This document shows, piece after piece, positions 28,501-38,264 of a stretch of DNA of 64,000 bases. Each line of letters starts with the position of its first letter. Within the stretch, counting starts at the first letter, position 1. Made by a program: the position numbers and the translations under genes. Below the pieces are notes generated by a model. It made no database searches and had not been told where the DNA came from. It saw nothing but the letters and a program-made list of their open reading frames with translations. The stretch is from Acidobacteriota bacterium (GTDB lineage: Bacteria > Acidobacteriota > UBA6911 > RPQK01 > JAJDTT01): the NCBI GenBank assembly GCA_965263035.1, contig OZ253580.1, positions 3,360,001 to 3,424,000 on the forward strand. Reading direction: 5' to 3'.

Positions 28501-29005
28501 CCTGAGCGCCCTGGTGGGTGGCTGGGAATTCGCGGGCATCTTCGATGCCGGTACTGGACGTCCTTACCACCAGTACTACAGCGGTTTCGATCCCACCAAC
28601 ACCGGCCGCTTCAGCGGCCGGGCCAGCATGTCCAAGGCTGGCTGCAACCCGCAGATCCGCCCCCACAGCTATACGCGGCCGACGACCGTCGACATCAACT
28701 GCTTCAAGGTCCCGGATCCGGGCACCTACGGTACGACTCCGCGCGACGCCGTGAGCCGGCTGGCGGGCTGGGCCTTTGACGCGACGTTCTACAAATTCCT
28801 CCCCATCCGGATGCTCCATGAAGACATTAGAGCCCGGCTCTCCGTGACCTTCGTCAACCCATTCCACCACGTGGTGGCGTCGAGAGACCGCGGCCTCTAC
28901 GTCAACAGGCCGGCTCGCTTCGGAATCCCTTCACGGGGCGGAGGCCTGCTGCGGTTCGGGTCGGCTCCCCGTAGCGCCAACTTCCAGTTCCAGATCGTCT
29001 GGTAG
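25586..29005 (+). CDS. Acidobacteria-type TonB-dependent outer-membrane receptor with carboxypeptidase-regulatory-like N-domain
   Basis: AAGGAG RBS; signal peptide; GTVTD..AVVPGVTVTLTN; GGPIYIPKIYDGRDK; FVQDD..LNIGFRYD; SPRLGFAY; QQWNLTLERQ; C-terminal aromatic residue. Confidence 0.9.
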   Translation: MINKRFLCVLLVPAMCAFLLTPVQAQTTAATVLGTVTDIARAVVPGVTVTLTNQDTGFIRETISDDRGDFEFAVVQAPNTYTLSAELPGFKKYVNVDNYLATRVIQRFDVKLEVGEVAEQVTVQSEVPVINTDTPQWSETRTDRLINAGPRGTMVMGRFGHGTRPLSLAFVNADVADSYKSNGSRTSMTQTSVDGTPMNGEQVGPPFSAIAEEKTVALNAAAEFRHPLTVDAVTKRGENRPHGMFTLNMRHPRLAALWPGPPGARRNPDAVWAFRYNFTGGGPIYIPKIYDGRDKSWLFISFEQNPNTNITFGQGTWLNTPTQAMRRGDLSAYLAKIRPQLGELKDPITGETFAGNIIPRSRWNPVAINMIDKWLLEPTGSNIGDPDIPEQNLQYIGSQQGANKQWIYRFDQSILNRNTFGIMHTQRDAWETCHCGGSTFFGQRHPATGQDWTGSLNDVINVFDTHIFTPGLINEFRFGLFRRDNYRRTEHPASLFIDSLGIDLGDDAATRKSFNTLPHIRVDNLHTIGTRLGASNETVSNYYSLRNNLSYRTGIHSWKLGYDHAIRRISDLRALRSVAGDWNHTGFFTGDPFADFLLGLPTQTGRHTPRPAVEGRYSEFGMFVQDDVQVSSRLKLNIGFRYDRISPRTDANGAWYNFNMATGALVVPEAGRGLIAPAFHPAIPIETADEARFPSHLINSLTKWSPRLGFAYRLDDKTVLRAGYGMFMHDSGSTNNYFATLLTGGPFALDETFRNTITDGVPLVTTDRPFPRATVGGSAPATFNIQGVNPEIKEPYLQQWNLTLERQLGRETSFRFAYVGSSATSLWYSRDVNIPPASLTPFTEERLNYPHNPGFDDIIYLDSGGHMSHHQFQWQFTRRMSRTPIGGLMFDGIFQWLKEIEDVDDTTAFASAYGRGIAPRLGGYAGIEDPYDRNRDRADAYLNPASIRINFIWELPWGPDQPYLSHLRKGSILSALVGGWEFAGIFDAGTGRPYHQYYSGFDPTNTGRFSGRASMSKAGCNPQIRPHSYTRPTTVDINCFKVPDPGTYGTTPRDAVSRLAGWAFDATFYKFLPIRMLHEDIRARLSVTFVNPFHHVVASRDRGLYVNRPARFGIPSRGGGLLRFGSAPRSANFQFQIVW

Positions 29006-29037
29006 GGGGTCCCAAGCCAAGAAAGGTTGATTTGACA

Positions 29038-29075
29038 GGGGGGAAGGGAAGCAGTTCCCTTCCCCCCATTTTGTT
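29038..29075 (+). terminator. Intrinsic terminator
   Basis: GGGGGGAAGGGAA-GCAG-TTCCCTTCCCCCC followed by ATTTTGTT. Confidence 0.8.
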
Positions 29076-29088
29076 ACGAGGTGCGGAT

Positions 29089-30120
29089 ATGAACAAAACG
29101 AGTCACCGCCTTTGGTTTGCATTGGTAGCCTTCTTCCTGCTGGCCCCGAGCCGGGCCGACGCCCAGGTCCACCGAGGTACACTCCAAGGTCAGGTCAAGG
29201 ACCAAGAGGGCAACCCCCTCAAAGACATCGTGGTCAGGATCGAGGGGCTCAACGGCAAGCAAACGTACGAGCTCAAGACCGACAAGAGAGGACGATACTT
29301 TCATATCGCCGTCGACCCCTACCTGGCGTATCGCATCGTTGTCATCAAGGAGGGCTACTGGACCGAGGAGTCGGTGGGAGTCCGGGCCTCTCGGAAACAG
29401 AGCGGCGGCATCAACAACTTCACCATGCGGCCCGGCCGTTCCACCGCCGCCGAAATGACGCAAGCGGCGAGAGACGCCCTGGTTCGAGAGCTGAAGCAGG
29501 CGGATGAGGTGAAGCGAAAAGTGAAAGCCATCGACGAGAGCCATAAGGTGGCGATGCGAATGATCGGTGAAGGTCGATACGCGGAAGCGGAAAAAGCCTT
29601 CCGCAGGGTGGTGGAACTGCAACCGACTCTGGCGCCGACGTGGGGCAACCTGGGGCACGTCTACACCAAGCTGAACAGGCCATCGGATGCAGTGGCCGCC
29701 TACCGGAAGGCCATCGAGCTCGATCCTGAGAACGCTACCTTCTACCAGGACCTGGGCCACGTCTACTCGGACATGGGGGAGGCCGGGAAGGCCAGGGAGC
29801 TGTACCGTAAGGGAGCCGAGTTGACCGGAAGCCAGGACCCCAAGGAAGCGGCCCAATCCCAGTACATTATCGCCGTGGACCACCTCAACTCGGGGAGGGA
29901 ATCGGAAGCCATGGAGGCTCTGCGGCAGACTCTCGCCGCCGACCCCGAACACGCCGACGCTCACTACTACGTGGGAGTTCTGCTGATCCGGGAGAACCGG
30001 ATGAAGGAAGCACTGGACCATTTGGGCAGACACCTGGAAATGTCGCCCGAGAGTCCCACCGCCGCCGATGCCCGGGCGCTCCTGGAGGCGCTGAGGCAAA
30101 CGCCGGAGGCTGCCGAATAG
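29089..30120 (+). CDS. Secreted carboxypeptidase-regulatory-like domain plus TPR protein
   Basis: Signal ADAQ; GQVKDQEGNPL; TPRs (AVAAYRKAIELDP, AHYYVG). Confidence 0.85.
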   Translation: MNKTSHRLWFALVAFFLLAPSRADAQVHRGTLQGQVKDQEGNPLKDIVVRIEGLNGKQTYELKTDKRGRYFHIAVDPYLAYRIVVIKEGYWTEESVGVRASRKQSGGINNFTMRPGRSTAAEMTQAARDALVRELKQADEVKRKVKAIDESHKVAMRMIGEGRYAEAEKAFRRVVELQPTLAPTWGNLGHVYTKLNRPSDAVAAYRKAIELDPENATFYQDLGHVYSDMGEAGKARELYRKGAELTGSQDPKEAAQSQYIIAVDHLNSGRESEAMEALRQTLAADPEHADAHYYVGVLLIRENRMKEALDHLGRHLEMSPESPTAADARALLEALRQTPEAAE

Positions 30121-30174
30121 CAGTCGTCCGTGAGGGAATAGGGCCGGATCTCGGATCCGCTATCGAGTTTGGGA

Positions 30175-31839
30175 TCAGGGCCGGAAAACCTGGGCTTGGC
30201 TGGCATCTCCACCGGCCTTCACGATAGTGAACTCTTCGTTGCGGCTGGTGTTGTTTCCCCCGATCCGGTCCGCGATCTGAGCCCTGAGCGTATACTTCCC
30301 CGGCTTCAGTCGGGCCAGGGGAAACTGTTGCAGCAACATGGTGCGGCGATTGGAAGAGAAATAGACCGACTTGCCCAAAGAGTCATGGATCTCGAAGACG
30401 ATCTGACCGTCTTTCAGGATGAAGTAGTCCGCCTTGATGGACGGTTCACTGGATGCTGCATCCAGTTCCAATCCATAGATTTCCAGGTATGCCCATAGTG
30501 GGTATTCGCCGTCGAAGTTTCTTGAGACGCTGGGGCGGACCACCAGGTCGCCCATGACGAACATCTCGTATTGCTCAGGGACGTAACCCAACTGCCTCAC
30601 GTGATCCGACAGCAGCAGGGTGCTGGCGCCCAGACCTTCGTCCCGGGGTCGAAAGGGATTGATGGCCAGGGTCTTGCTGCCCACCTTTCCGCTCTCCATG
30701 TCCTGCAGAAACAGTTCCAGCTTGTAGCGCTGCCCTCGGCCCAGGGCAATGACCACCTGATGCAGGGAGACGTCGGTCAACCCTCGCGCCAGCTCGTTTG
30801 CGGGCACGTGGACGGCGATCTCCTGGTCGATCTCGGCCACATGCTGGTTGGTCATGTTGGTCACCAGCCCATACAGGTCCAGCGTGGCCGTAGCCACGGC
30901 CGCGCCGCCCGGTTTGAAGTTGAGCTCCTTCTTGGGCACTTCCAGCGTCAGCAGCACCAGAACTTCCTCGCCATTCAGCTCCAACTGGTCGTTCCTGAGC
31001 CGAAAGGGAAGCGGCTCATACGAGACACGGGTCCTCACGAACTTCTTCAGGTCGTCGTACTTGCCCTTGGTCTGGCCCATGGTGGCGGTAGTGACGCGGA
31101 GCCGGTCGAAATACTTCTGCACCTGGAGCCAGTCGCCGGCGCCGCTCATGTCCATCATGGGGCGTCCGTGCCTGAGCCAGCGGTCCGACCTGTCGGTGTA
31201 CCCTTGTATCTCGGCCCACTTCATGCCCCCGAATCCCTTGTCGTCCATCAGGTCCTTTTCGTCGGGGTGGTAGGCGAGCTTGAAATCTCCGGTGAAGGTC
31301 TGGTCGACGAACTCGATGATGATGTTCGATCCGATGCCCTCCAGGTTCCGGTAGCGCCAGCGCTCAAAGGGAAAGACGATGGTGGTGCCGAGTCCTTCAT
31401 CCAGGGTCCGGTCGTAGCGGCCGCCGGCAGGAAAGCTCTCGATGTCGGCGGGGGCCCCGTGCATGATGTAGATCCGGCCCCGATCCGTATTCCGGCCCGC
31501 GAGGCCACTGGAGAAGTGGTCGTCGGCATAGGCGATCCGGCGGTAGTGCTCCTCCTTGAACTCGTTGATCATGGTGCGCGGGTCGGAATCCCGGCGGCGC
31601 CAGAACTGCTCGATGAAGTTCTCCTTCTCTTCGGGACTGGTCAGCTTCTCGAAGACCGCCCGTTCATCATGGGCGATGATGTGAACGACCGTATCATTCA
31701 GCCATTTTTCGTAATAGTCGACGGCCTCTTCGCGAGAGGCGTCCTTTTTCTCGGGTCCGGCCCAGGTCATCGCGGGGGTCAGTGTCAGGACAAGGACCAG
31801 AGACGCTGCTGAACTCAATTTGGAATAGAAGGAGAACAT
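30175..31839 (-). CDS. GWxTD domain protein (motif variant GRNTD)
   Basis: YEKWL..V..II..ER..F..L; FIEQFWRRRD; NEFKEEHYRRIAYA; GRNTDRGRIYI; PFERWRY. Confidence 0.9.
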   Translation of the reverse strand: MFSFYSKLSSAASLVLVLTLTPAMTWAGPEKKDASREEAVDYYEKWLNDTVVHIIAHDERAVFEKLTSPEEKENFIEQFWRRRDSDPRTMINEFKEEHYRRIAYADDHFSSGLAGRNTDRGRIYIMHGAPADIESFPAGGRYDRTLDEGLGTTIVFPFERWRYRNLEGIGSNIIIEFVDQTFTGDFKLAYHPDEKDLMDDKGFGGMKWAEIQGYTDRSDRWLRHGRPMMDMSGAGDWLQVQKYFDRLRVTTATMGQTKGKYDDLKKFVRTRVSYEPLPFRLRNDQLELNGEEVLVLLTLEVPKKELNFKPGGAAVATATLDLYGLVTNMTNQHVAEIDQEIAVHVPANELARGLTDVSLHQVVIALGRGQRYKLELFLQDMESGKVGSKTLAINPFRPRDEGLGASTLLLSDHVRQLGYVPEQYEMFVMGDLVVRPSVSRNFDGEYPLWAYLEIYGLELDAASSEPSIKADYFILKDGQIVFEIHDSLGKSVYFSSNRRTMLLQQFPLARLKPGKYTLRAQIADRIGGNNTSRNEEFTIVKAGGDASQAQVFRP

Positions 31840-32137
31840 TCCGATTCCAAGTAGTTTAGGTCCGAACCGGAGACGAGGTCAAGCCGGGAATGGGAGTAAC
31901 GGAGTCGTGGTCTTCACCCGACAGACTCGCGGTCAGGCCAAGCTCGCCACGTGCATGATCCGGTCCGACAGGTAGGGGTGTCCCCGCAAGACTGCCTGGC
32001 ACGCATCCGAGTTGCCTCACCAAGGAAATCCACCCGAAACAGGTAAACAGCCCGAGGCAGAAGTCGTCGCGGCTTTCGATCCACCCTGTGACCCAGTGGA
32101 CGGCGTCGTCGCTACGTCACATAATTCGATTGGGAAC

Positions 32138-32162
32138 GGGCAGCCACAAGGGCTGCCCCTAC
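32138..32162 (-). repeat. GTAG-type REP palindrome
   Basis: GGGCAGCCACAAGGGCTGCCCCTAC; compensatory variant of 6544-6568. Confidence 0.7.
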
Positions 32163-32208
32163 TCCTCTCCAAGTGACGCAACTGGCGAGATTGCCATCTC
32201 CATTCAAA

Positions 32209-33822
32209 ATGGGGAAACTCTTGCAGATGGTTCTCCGATTCGCCGCGTGTCTTTTCTGCGGCGCAGTGGCCTTCGCTCCGGCCTGCGGTGTCGCGCCGGC
32301 GCCCCAACGGCATCAGGACATCGTTCTGCTCGCCATCGACGACCACCTGCTCCCCTTCCGGCGGAACCTCTGCTACTACCTGTCCCGGCCGCGGGTCCGA
32401 AAGGAGCCGGTACTGGTGCCCAGTCGCGACGACGCCAATGCGGCCGACCAGTTGGCGGCCCATTTCTACGGTACCGTGATCGTGGACGAGGGCAGATTCC
32501 GCATGTGGTACTACCCGGTCCGCTTCGGCGCCCGGACTTCCGAAATGGATATCGGTCCCGCCGGCTACGCCGAGAGCGAGGATGGCATTCATTGGATCAA
32601 GCCGTCGCTGAGGCAGGTCTCCATCAAGGGAAATCTGGAAAACAACGCCATCGATTTGGCCGACGATCGAGTCATGGGGGTCACCGTCATCAAGGACGAG
32701 GAGGAGACCGATCCCGAACGACGTTACAAGATGGTCTACAATCCCATCGCGGTGAGGGAACGCTGGGCCGAACCCAAGCTGAACGGGGCGGCCCGATCCA
32801 CCCTGCGAACTGCCACCAGTCGCGACGGGTTGACCTGGACTGCGAGGCCCGACCTGCCGCTCGACGTTTTCGTCGAGCTCTCCTCCTTCTACAAGCACGA
32901 CGGGCTCTTCGTGGCTCACGGCCAGGGAAAGCTGTTCGGGGAGGGTGGAGAGCTGCACGGGCGCCGGGGCTACGCCTGGGTGTCCACCGATTTCGAGCAC
33001 TGGCTGGCGGGCCAGGCCGAGACCTTCGGATTGCCGGAGCCCGGGACCCTGGGTCCAAGGGGAGCCGCCGGGGAGTACGATCAGGTCCACCTGGGCGTCG
33101 GGGGGGCCAGCTACGGCTCGGTGGTGGTGGGACTCTACGGAATCTGGCGCCAAGGCGGCACGGGAGTCGGCGGAACCACCTGCGATCTGGGCTTGGTGGT
33201 GAGCAACGACGGGATCCATTTTCGCGAGCCGGTGAAGAAACACGTCTACATCTCGCGGCACGATTCTCCGGTCACGCCGGTAGCCGGTAAGGACTATCCC
33301 ACGATCCTGTGCCAAGCCAACGGTATTCTGAACGTGGACGACGAGACCTGGATCTATCACGGGCGCTGGCGGAACGCGCCGGTGGGACCCGAATATTATG
33401 GAGAGGTGGCCCTTGCCACCTTGCCTCGTGATCGATGGGGCGCCGTGGGGCTGATTCGGGGAGTCTCCGAGGGCTGGGTCTGGTCGGCGCCCCTCCGCTG
33501 GCCGGAAGGGGGCGCCCAGGTCTACCTGAACGCCGATTTTGCGCCTCAGATGCGGGTCGAGGTGTCCGACGTCGATTTCAATCTGCTTCCCGACTTTTCC
33601 GATGCCAACGCCGGCACGGTTTCCTGTTCCGACGGCACGGGGCGGTTCCGGGAGCGGAACGGGGGGCTCGACTGTTCCGTCGTCTGGCCCGGGGCTCAGC
33701 TTTCAGACTTGGCGGGTCGGCAGGTTCGGCTTCGCGTCCAACTCACGTCGGCGGGAGGCGATCCCAGGCTCTACGCAGTGTATGTGCGCGAGAGCGGGCT
33801 GGTGGAGAAACCCTCCGGATGA
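32209..33822 (+). CDS. Secreted beta-propeller glycosidase-like protein (start uncertain)
   Basis: LAIDD, FRMWY, YAESEDGIHW, SRDGLTW, SNDGIHF; same architecture as 8102-9637. Confidence 0.65.
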   Translation: MGKLLQMVLRFAACLFCGAVAFAPACGVAPAPQRHQDIVLLAIDDHLLPFRRNLCYYLSRPRVRKEPVLVPSRDDANAADQLAAHFYGTVIVDEGRFRMWYYPVRFGARTSEMDIGPAGYAESEDGIHWIKPSLRQVSIKGNLENNAIDLADDRVMGVTVIKDEEETDPERRYKMVYNPIAVRERWAEPKLNGAARSTLRTATSRDGLTWTARPDLPLDVFVELSSFYKHDGLFVAHGQGKLFGEGGELHGRRGYAWVSTDFEHWLAGQAETFGLPEPGTLGPRGAAGEYDQVHLGVGGASYGSVVVGLYGIWRQGGTGVGGTTCDLGLVVSNDGIHFREPVKKHVYISRHDSPVTPVAGKDYPTILCQANGILNVDDETWIYHGRWRNAPVGPEYYGEVALATLPRDRWGAVGLIRGVSEGWVWSAPLRWPEGGAQVYLNADFAPQMRVEVSDVDFNLLPDFSDANAGTVSCSDGTGRFRERNGGLDCSVVWPGAQLSDLAGRQVRLRVQLTSAGGDPRLYAVYVRESGLVEKPSG

Positions 33823-36695
33823 GCACCCGGCCTCGGCCGGTTTCGACGGCTAAAGTTGTGCAATTATCCATGGCCATCGGGACGGTGGGAGTGCGGATCT
33901 CCAAATACGTGTTTCTTTTCTTGAGCGTCGCGCTGCCGCTGCTCGTCTTTGCCAGTCTCCAGTCCAGCGTCGCCTCATCTCCGAGTCGGCAGGTGCGGCG
34001 CATCCTCAAGGAGAACTGTCTGGGCTGTCATGGTCCGACTCAAATGGCGGGACTGGATCTGCGGGACAGGGAGACGATTCTCAAGGGAGGCACTCGAGGT
34101 CCGGCTCTGATCCCGGGTGACTCCGGGACCAGTCTGCTCTATCAGGCCGTTGCACACCTGGGGGATCTGCGGATGCCGCCGAATCAGGATCCCCTTTCAG
34201 CGGGAGACGTCGAGACGCTCAGACGTTGGATCGATGCCGGGGCGGACTGGGATCCCGATGCCGCCAGTGAGGAGGCCGGCGGCCCTTGGTGGTTTTTTCG
34301 CAAACCCGAACTCTCGCCGGCACCCGGCACGGAAGACCCAGCTTGGACTCATAACCCGATCGACGCCATCGTGCTGGCCAGGCTGGAGGAACACGGTCTG
34401 ACCCCGGCCCCGGAGGCTCCCAGGTTGACCCTGCTGCGGAGAGCGAAATTCGACCTTCATGGTCTGCCGCCGACAATAGATGAGATCGAGGAATTCCTTT
34501 CGGACACGGCCCCGGGAGCCTTCGCCCGGCTGGTCGATCGCCTGCTGGCCTCTCCCCGATACGGTGAGCGATGGGGGAGGCATTGGCTGGACGTCGCTCG
34601 CTATGCCGACTCGACCGGGCTGGATGAGGATCTGTACCTTCCGGAAGCCTGGCGCTACCGGGATTACGTGATCGACGCGTTCAACGCCGACGTGCCCTAC
34701 GACCGGTTCATCGTCGAGCAGGTAGCGGGCGATCTGCTCGCGCCTGCGACTGCCCATGAGGCCGGCGGCCGGGAGATCGTGGCCACCGGTTTTCTGGCCC
34801 TGGGACCCAAACCGGTGGCTCAACAGGACAAGCTGAGGATGGTCTACGACGTTCTGGACGAACAGATCGACACCCTCACCAAGGCCTTTTTGGGCCTGAC
34901 GGTTGCCTGCGCCCGCTGCCACGACCACAAGTTCGATCCCATAACCACCCGGGACTACTACTCATTGGTCTCCATATTCGCCAGCACCAAGAATTTCGTG
35001 GACGTGGAGCCCAAGGTTTCCGAGATCTACTTTGCGCCACTGGTCTCCCGGGACGAGTATCAACGGTACCGAAGGAGCCGGCGCGCCATCGAAGTCAAGC
35101 AGAAACTGCTCGAGGCGACGGAAGAAATCGCCGTGGCCGCCTTTGTGCGTGACCAACTGCTGCCCCGTTTCGCCGTTTACATGGTGGCGGCCCGGAGGCT
35201 CTTCCAGGGAGGGGAAGACCTGGAAAAGGTGGCCCGGGAGCAGGCCCTGAACCCAGGCATTCTCGGGAGATGGGTGGACTATCTCAACCCGCGCGGTGAT
35301 TTCAGGCCCTATCTGGAGGACTGGCGCCGGGTCGATGATGCGGCTGCGAGCAATCTCGCAACGGAGTACCGAGCCATTTACGAGGATGTCCAAACCCGCT
35401 GGACCCAAGAATTGAAGGCGTGGAAGGATGCGGTTGGCCGGGCCGCATTCAAGGGTGAAAAACTCCCGGTCAAGCCGTCACTCGAGGGACCCGAGTCGGT
35501 GTTCAGCGGGGAGGACGACATGGCCCGATTCTTCGCCGAAGTCACCTACCATGGCGACACTCCATTCGGGAAGCCTTCGATCCGGGGTCCCTTTGCTTTC
35601 CCGGATGAAGAGAGGGACTCGCTCTTGCCTCCGGCGGTGGTAGCCAGCCTGTCTGCCCTCAGGAAGGAGATCCAGGATCTGGAGCAGGCTTCTCCTCCGG
35701 CGCCGCCCATGGCCTGTGCCGTGGCGGAAGGCGAGAGAGTGGATCAGCGAGTGTTGCTCCGCGGCAATCCCAGGGGCCTCGGAGACCCGGTTCCGAAGCA
35801 GTTCCCCGTCGTGCTTGCGGGAGACCGGCAGCCGGTCATTGCCCGGGGCAGCGGCCGCAAGGAGTTGGCCGAGTGGTTGACCCGGCCGGACCATGCGCTC
35901 ACCAGCCGGGTCATGGTGAACCGGATCTGGCAGTGGCACTTTGGTGAGGGCCTGGTTCGCACCCCCAACAATTTCGGGACCACCGGGGAGCCGCCCACGC
36001 ACCCGGAACTGCTCGATACCCTGGCCGTCCGATTCGTCAGGACGGGCTGGTCGATCAAGTCAATGCACCGCCTCATCATGTTGTCGAACACCTACCGGAT
36101 GAGCAGCCGGCGCACTCCGCAAGCGCTCGAAAAGGACCCGGACAATCGGCTCCTCAGCCGCTTCGATCGACGCCGGCTCAGTGTGGAGGAGATGCGTGAT
36201 TCTTTTCTGGCCGTTTCCGGCGCCTTGGATTTGACGATGGGGGGCAAGATTGAAACCACGCTCAAGGGCGACGCATACCCTGACCTGGAGCCAGGCAGGA
36301 TTCGACGCCGGAGCGTCTATTTTCCCTTGATTCGAAACAAGCTGCCGAGTGTCTTGAGGCTTTTCGATTTCGTCGACCCCACCGTCAGCACGGCGCGGCG
36401 AACCGAGACCAACATTGCTCCCCAAGCCTTGTTCATGATGAACAGCGACTTCATTCACCATCAGTCCCGAACGCTTGCGGAATTCCTGCTGGCGTCGAAC
36501 TCGGACGACATGGCGCGGATGGAGCAGGCCTACGGGATCACTCTGGGTCGAAAGCCGGGTCCCGACGAGGCGGAAACCATGTTGGCCTATGTTCGTGACT
36601 ATCCGGGGTCCGGGGATTCCGATCACGAGACCAGTGCTTGGCAGAGTCTCTGCCGGCTGATCATGGGGTCGAACGAGTTTCACTACGTCGAGTAA
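33819..36695 (+). CDS. Planctomycete cytochrome c / DUF1549 / DUF1553 (PSD1) protein
   Basis: CLGCH; YGERWGRHWLDVARYADS; CARCHDHKFDP; RVMVNRIWQWHFGEG; PTHPELLD; ATGA overlap with the upstream gene (start uncertain). Confidence 0.92.
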   Translation: MSTRPRPVSTAKVVQLSMAIGTVGVRISKYVFLFLSVALPLLVFASLQSSVASSPSRQVRRILKENCLGCHGPTQMAGLDLRDRETILKGGTRGPALIPGDSGTSLLYQAVAHLGDLRMPPNQDPLSAGDVETLRRWIDAGADWDPDAASEEAGGPWWFFRKPELSPAPGTEDPAWTHNPIDAIVLARLEEHGLTPAPEAPRLTLLRRAKFDLHGLPPTIDEIEEFLSDTAPGAFARLVDRLLASPRYGERWGRHWLDVARYADSTGLDEDLYLPEAWRYRDYVIDAFNADVPYDRFIVEQVAGDLLAPATAHEAGGREIVATGFLALGPKPVAQQDKLRMVYDVLDEQIDTLTKAFLGLTVACARCHDHKFDPITTRDYYSLVSIFASTKNFVDVEPKVSEIYFAPLVSRDEYQRYRRSRRAIEVKQKLLEATEEIAVAAFVRDQLLPRFAVYMVAARRLFQGGEDLEKVAREQALNPGILGRWVDYLNPRGDFRPYLEDWRRVDDAAASNLATEYRAIYEDVQTRWTQELKAWKDAVGRAAFKGEKLPVKPSLEGPESVFSGEDDMARFFAEVTYHGDTPFGKPSIRGPFAFPDEERDSLLPPAVVASLSALRKEIQDLEQASPPAPPMACAVAEGERVDQRVLLRGNPRGLGDPVPKQFPVVLAGDRQPVIARGSGRKELAEWLTRPDHALTSRVMVNRIWQWHFGEGLVRTPNNFGTTGEPPTHPELLDTLAVRFVRTGWSIKSMHRLIMLSNTYRMSSRRTPQALEKDPDNRLLSRFDRRRLSVEEMRDSFLAVSGALDLTMGGKIETTLKGDAYPDLEPGRIRRRSVYFPLIRNKLPSVLRLFDFVDPTVSTARRTETNIAPQALFMMNSDFIHHQSRTLAEFLLASNSDDMARMEQAYGITLGRKPGPDEAETMLAYVRDYPGSGDSDHETSAWQSLCRLIMGSNEFHYVE

Positions 36696-36748
36696 CGGAG
36701 TCTGACGACCGAGACCATCGATCGTCGGAGCGGGGAACCAAAGAAAGA

Positions 36749-38194
36749 ATGGGACCTGCGGCGTCAAGAGCGATTCCACGCCGGGCTTTGCTGCGCCGGG
36801 CGGCGTGCGGATTCGGGGCCCTGAGCCTTTCGGCATTGCTGGCACAAGAAACGAGGCTGTCGGCCACTTCGTCCTCCCACCATCCTCTGGCTCCGAAACC
36901 ACCCCACCTCACTCCTCGCGCCAAGCGGGTGATCTTCCTCTTCATGCACGGCGGACCGTCTCATTTAGATACCTTCGACCCCAAGCCGCGCTTGGAGAAA
37001 GACCACGGGAAGCCGATTCCCTTCAAGCTCTCACTGTCGTTCAACCCGTCCTACAAAGGCGGCCTGATGAAGTCCCCCTGGGGATTCAAGCGTTACGGGC
37101 AAAGCGGCATTCCCGTGAGCGACCTCTTCCCCAGGGTGGGCAAATTGGCGGATGAACTCTGCGTCATCCGTTCCATGGTGAGCGACGGCGTCGACCACGG
37201 CAGCGCCATTCTCCAGATGAACACGGGCACCCTCAACTTCAGCCGCCCGAGCATCGGCTCCTGGGTCCTCTACGGTCTGGGTAGCGAGAATCAGAACCTG
37301 CCGGGATTTATTACCATCAAACCTTCGCTCTATCACGGCGGATCCAAACATTGGGGTTCGGCCTTCCTTCCGGGGGCCTGTCAGGGCATCCCGCTGGGGC
37401 TCGACAAGATACCCTTGCGGGACCTCAGGGACGAGCCCATCGAGCACCTGTTGACCCGGGGAATGACTCGGGAGCAGCAGCGCTACGAATTCGAGATGCT
37501 GCAGAAGATGAACCGGCGACACGCCTTGGAAAGAGATTCCGATCCCAAGCTGGAATCCCGCATCCAGGCCTTCGAGCTGGCCTCACGAATGCAGTTGGAA
37601 GGCCAGGAGGTGTTCGACGTCGACAAGGAATCGGAGGCGACCCGGAAGCTGTATGGTCTCGGCGACAAGACCACCGAAGACTTTGCCTGGCAGTGTCTGT
37701 TGGCTCGGCGGTTGATCGAAAGGGGCGTCCGCTTCGTGCAGTGCTCCCACAGCGCCTACGAGCCCGGCTCGATCCTGTGGGACCAGCACAGCCAGCTCGC
37801 CCGGGTTCACGCCAAGAATGCGCGTGAAGTGGACAAGCCCATCGCCGGGCTGCTGACGGATCTGAAGGCCCGGGGGCTGTTGCAGGACACGCTGGTGTTG
37901 TGGGGCGGCGAGTTCGGCCGCACTCCCTTTGCCGAAGGGGACGGCCGGGACCACAATCCGTACGGATACACCATGTGGATGGCCGGAGGAGGGGTCAAAG
38001 CGGGAACCATCTACGGTGCCACCGACGAGTTTGGCTACCATGCCGTGGAGAACCGGATGCATCTGCACGACCTGCATGCCACCATCCTGCATCTGTTGGG
38101 TCTCGACCACACGAAGCTGACTTACCGGTATGGGGGCCGGGATTTCCGGCTGACCGACGTGCACGGAAGCGTGGCCCACGGAATCATGGCATGA
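36749..38194 (+). CDS. DUF1501 (sulfatase-like) protein with Tat-like signal
   Basis: RRALL; AKRVIFLFMHGGPSHLDTFDPKP; LLARRLIERGVRFVQ; WGGEFGRTP; GRDHNP. Confidence 0.93.
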   Translation: MGPAASRAIPRRALLRRAACGFGALSLSALLAQETRLSATSSSHHPLAPKPPHLTPRAKRVIFLFMHGGPSHLDTFDPKPRLEKDHGKPIPFKLSLSFNPSYKGGLMKSPWGFKRYGQSGIPVSDLFPRVGKLADELCVIRSMVSDGVDHGSAILQMNTGTLNFSRPSIGSWVLYGLGSENQNLPGFITIKPSLYHGGSKHWGSAFLPGACQGIPLGLDKIPLRDLRDEPIEHLLTRGMTREQQRYEFEMLQKMNRRHALERDSDPKLESRIQAFELASRMQLEGQEVFDVDKESEATRKLYGLGDKTTEDFAWQCLLARRLIERGVRFVQCSHSAYEPGSILWDQHSQLARVHAKNAREVDKPIAGLLTDLKARGLLQDTLVLWGGEFGRTPFAEGDGRDHNPYGYTMWMAGGGVKAGTIYGATDEFGYHAVENRMHLHDLHATILHLLGLDHTKLTYRYGGRDFRLTDVHGSVAHGIMA

Positions 38195-38264
38195 AGTGAT
38201 TCCGATTCGAACTGTCCGTCTTTGTTGAGATGAAGTCAAAGCGATAGAACATGGGAGATTGAGC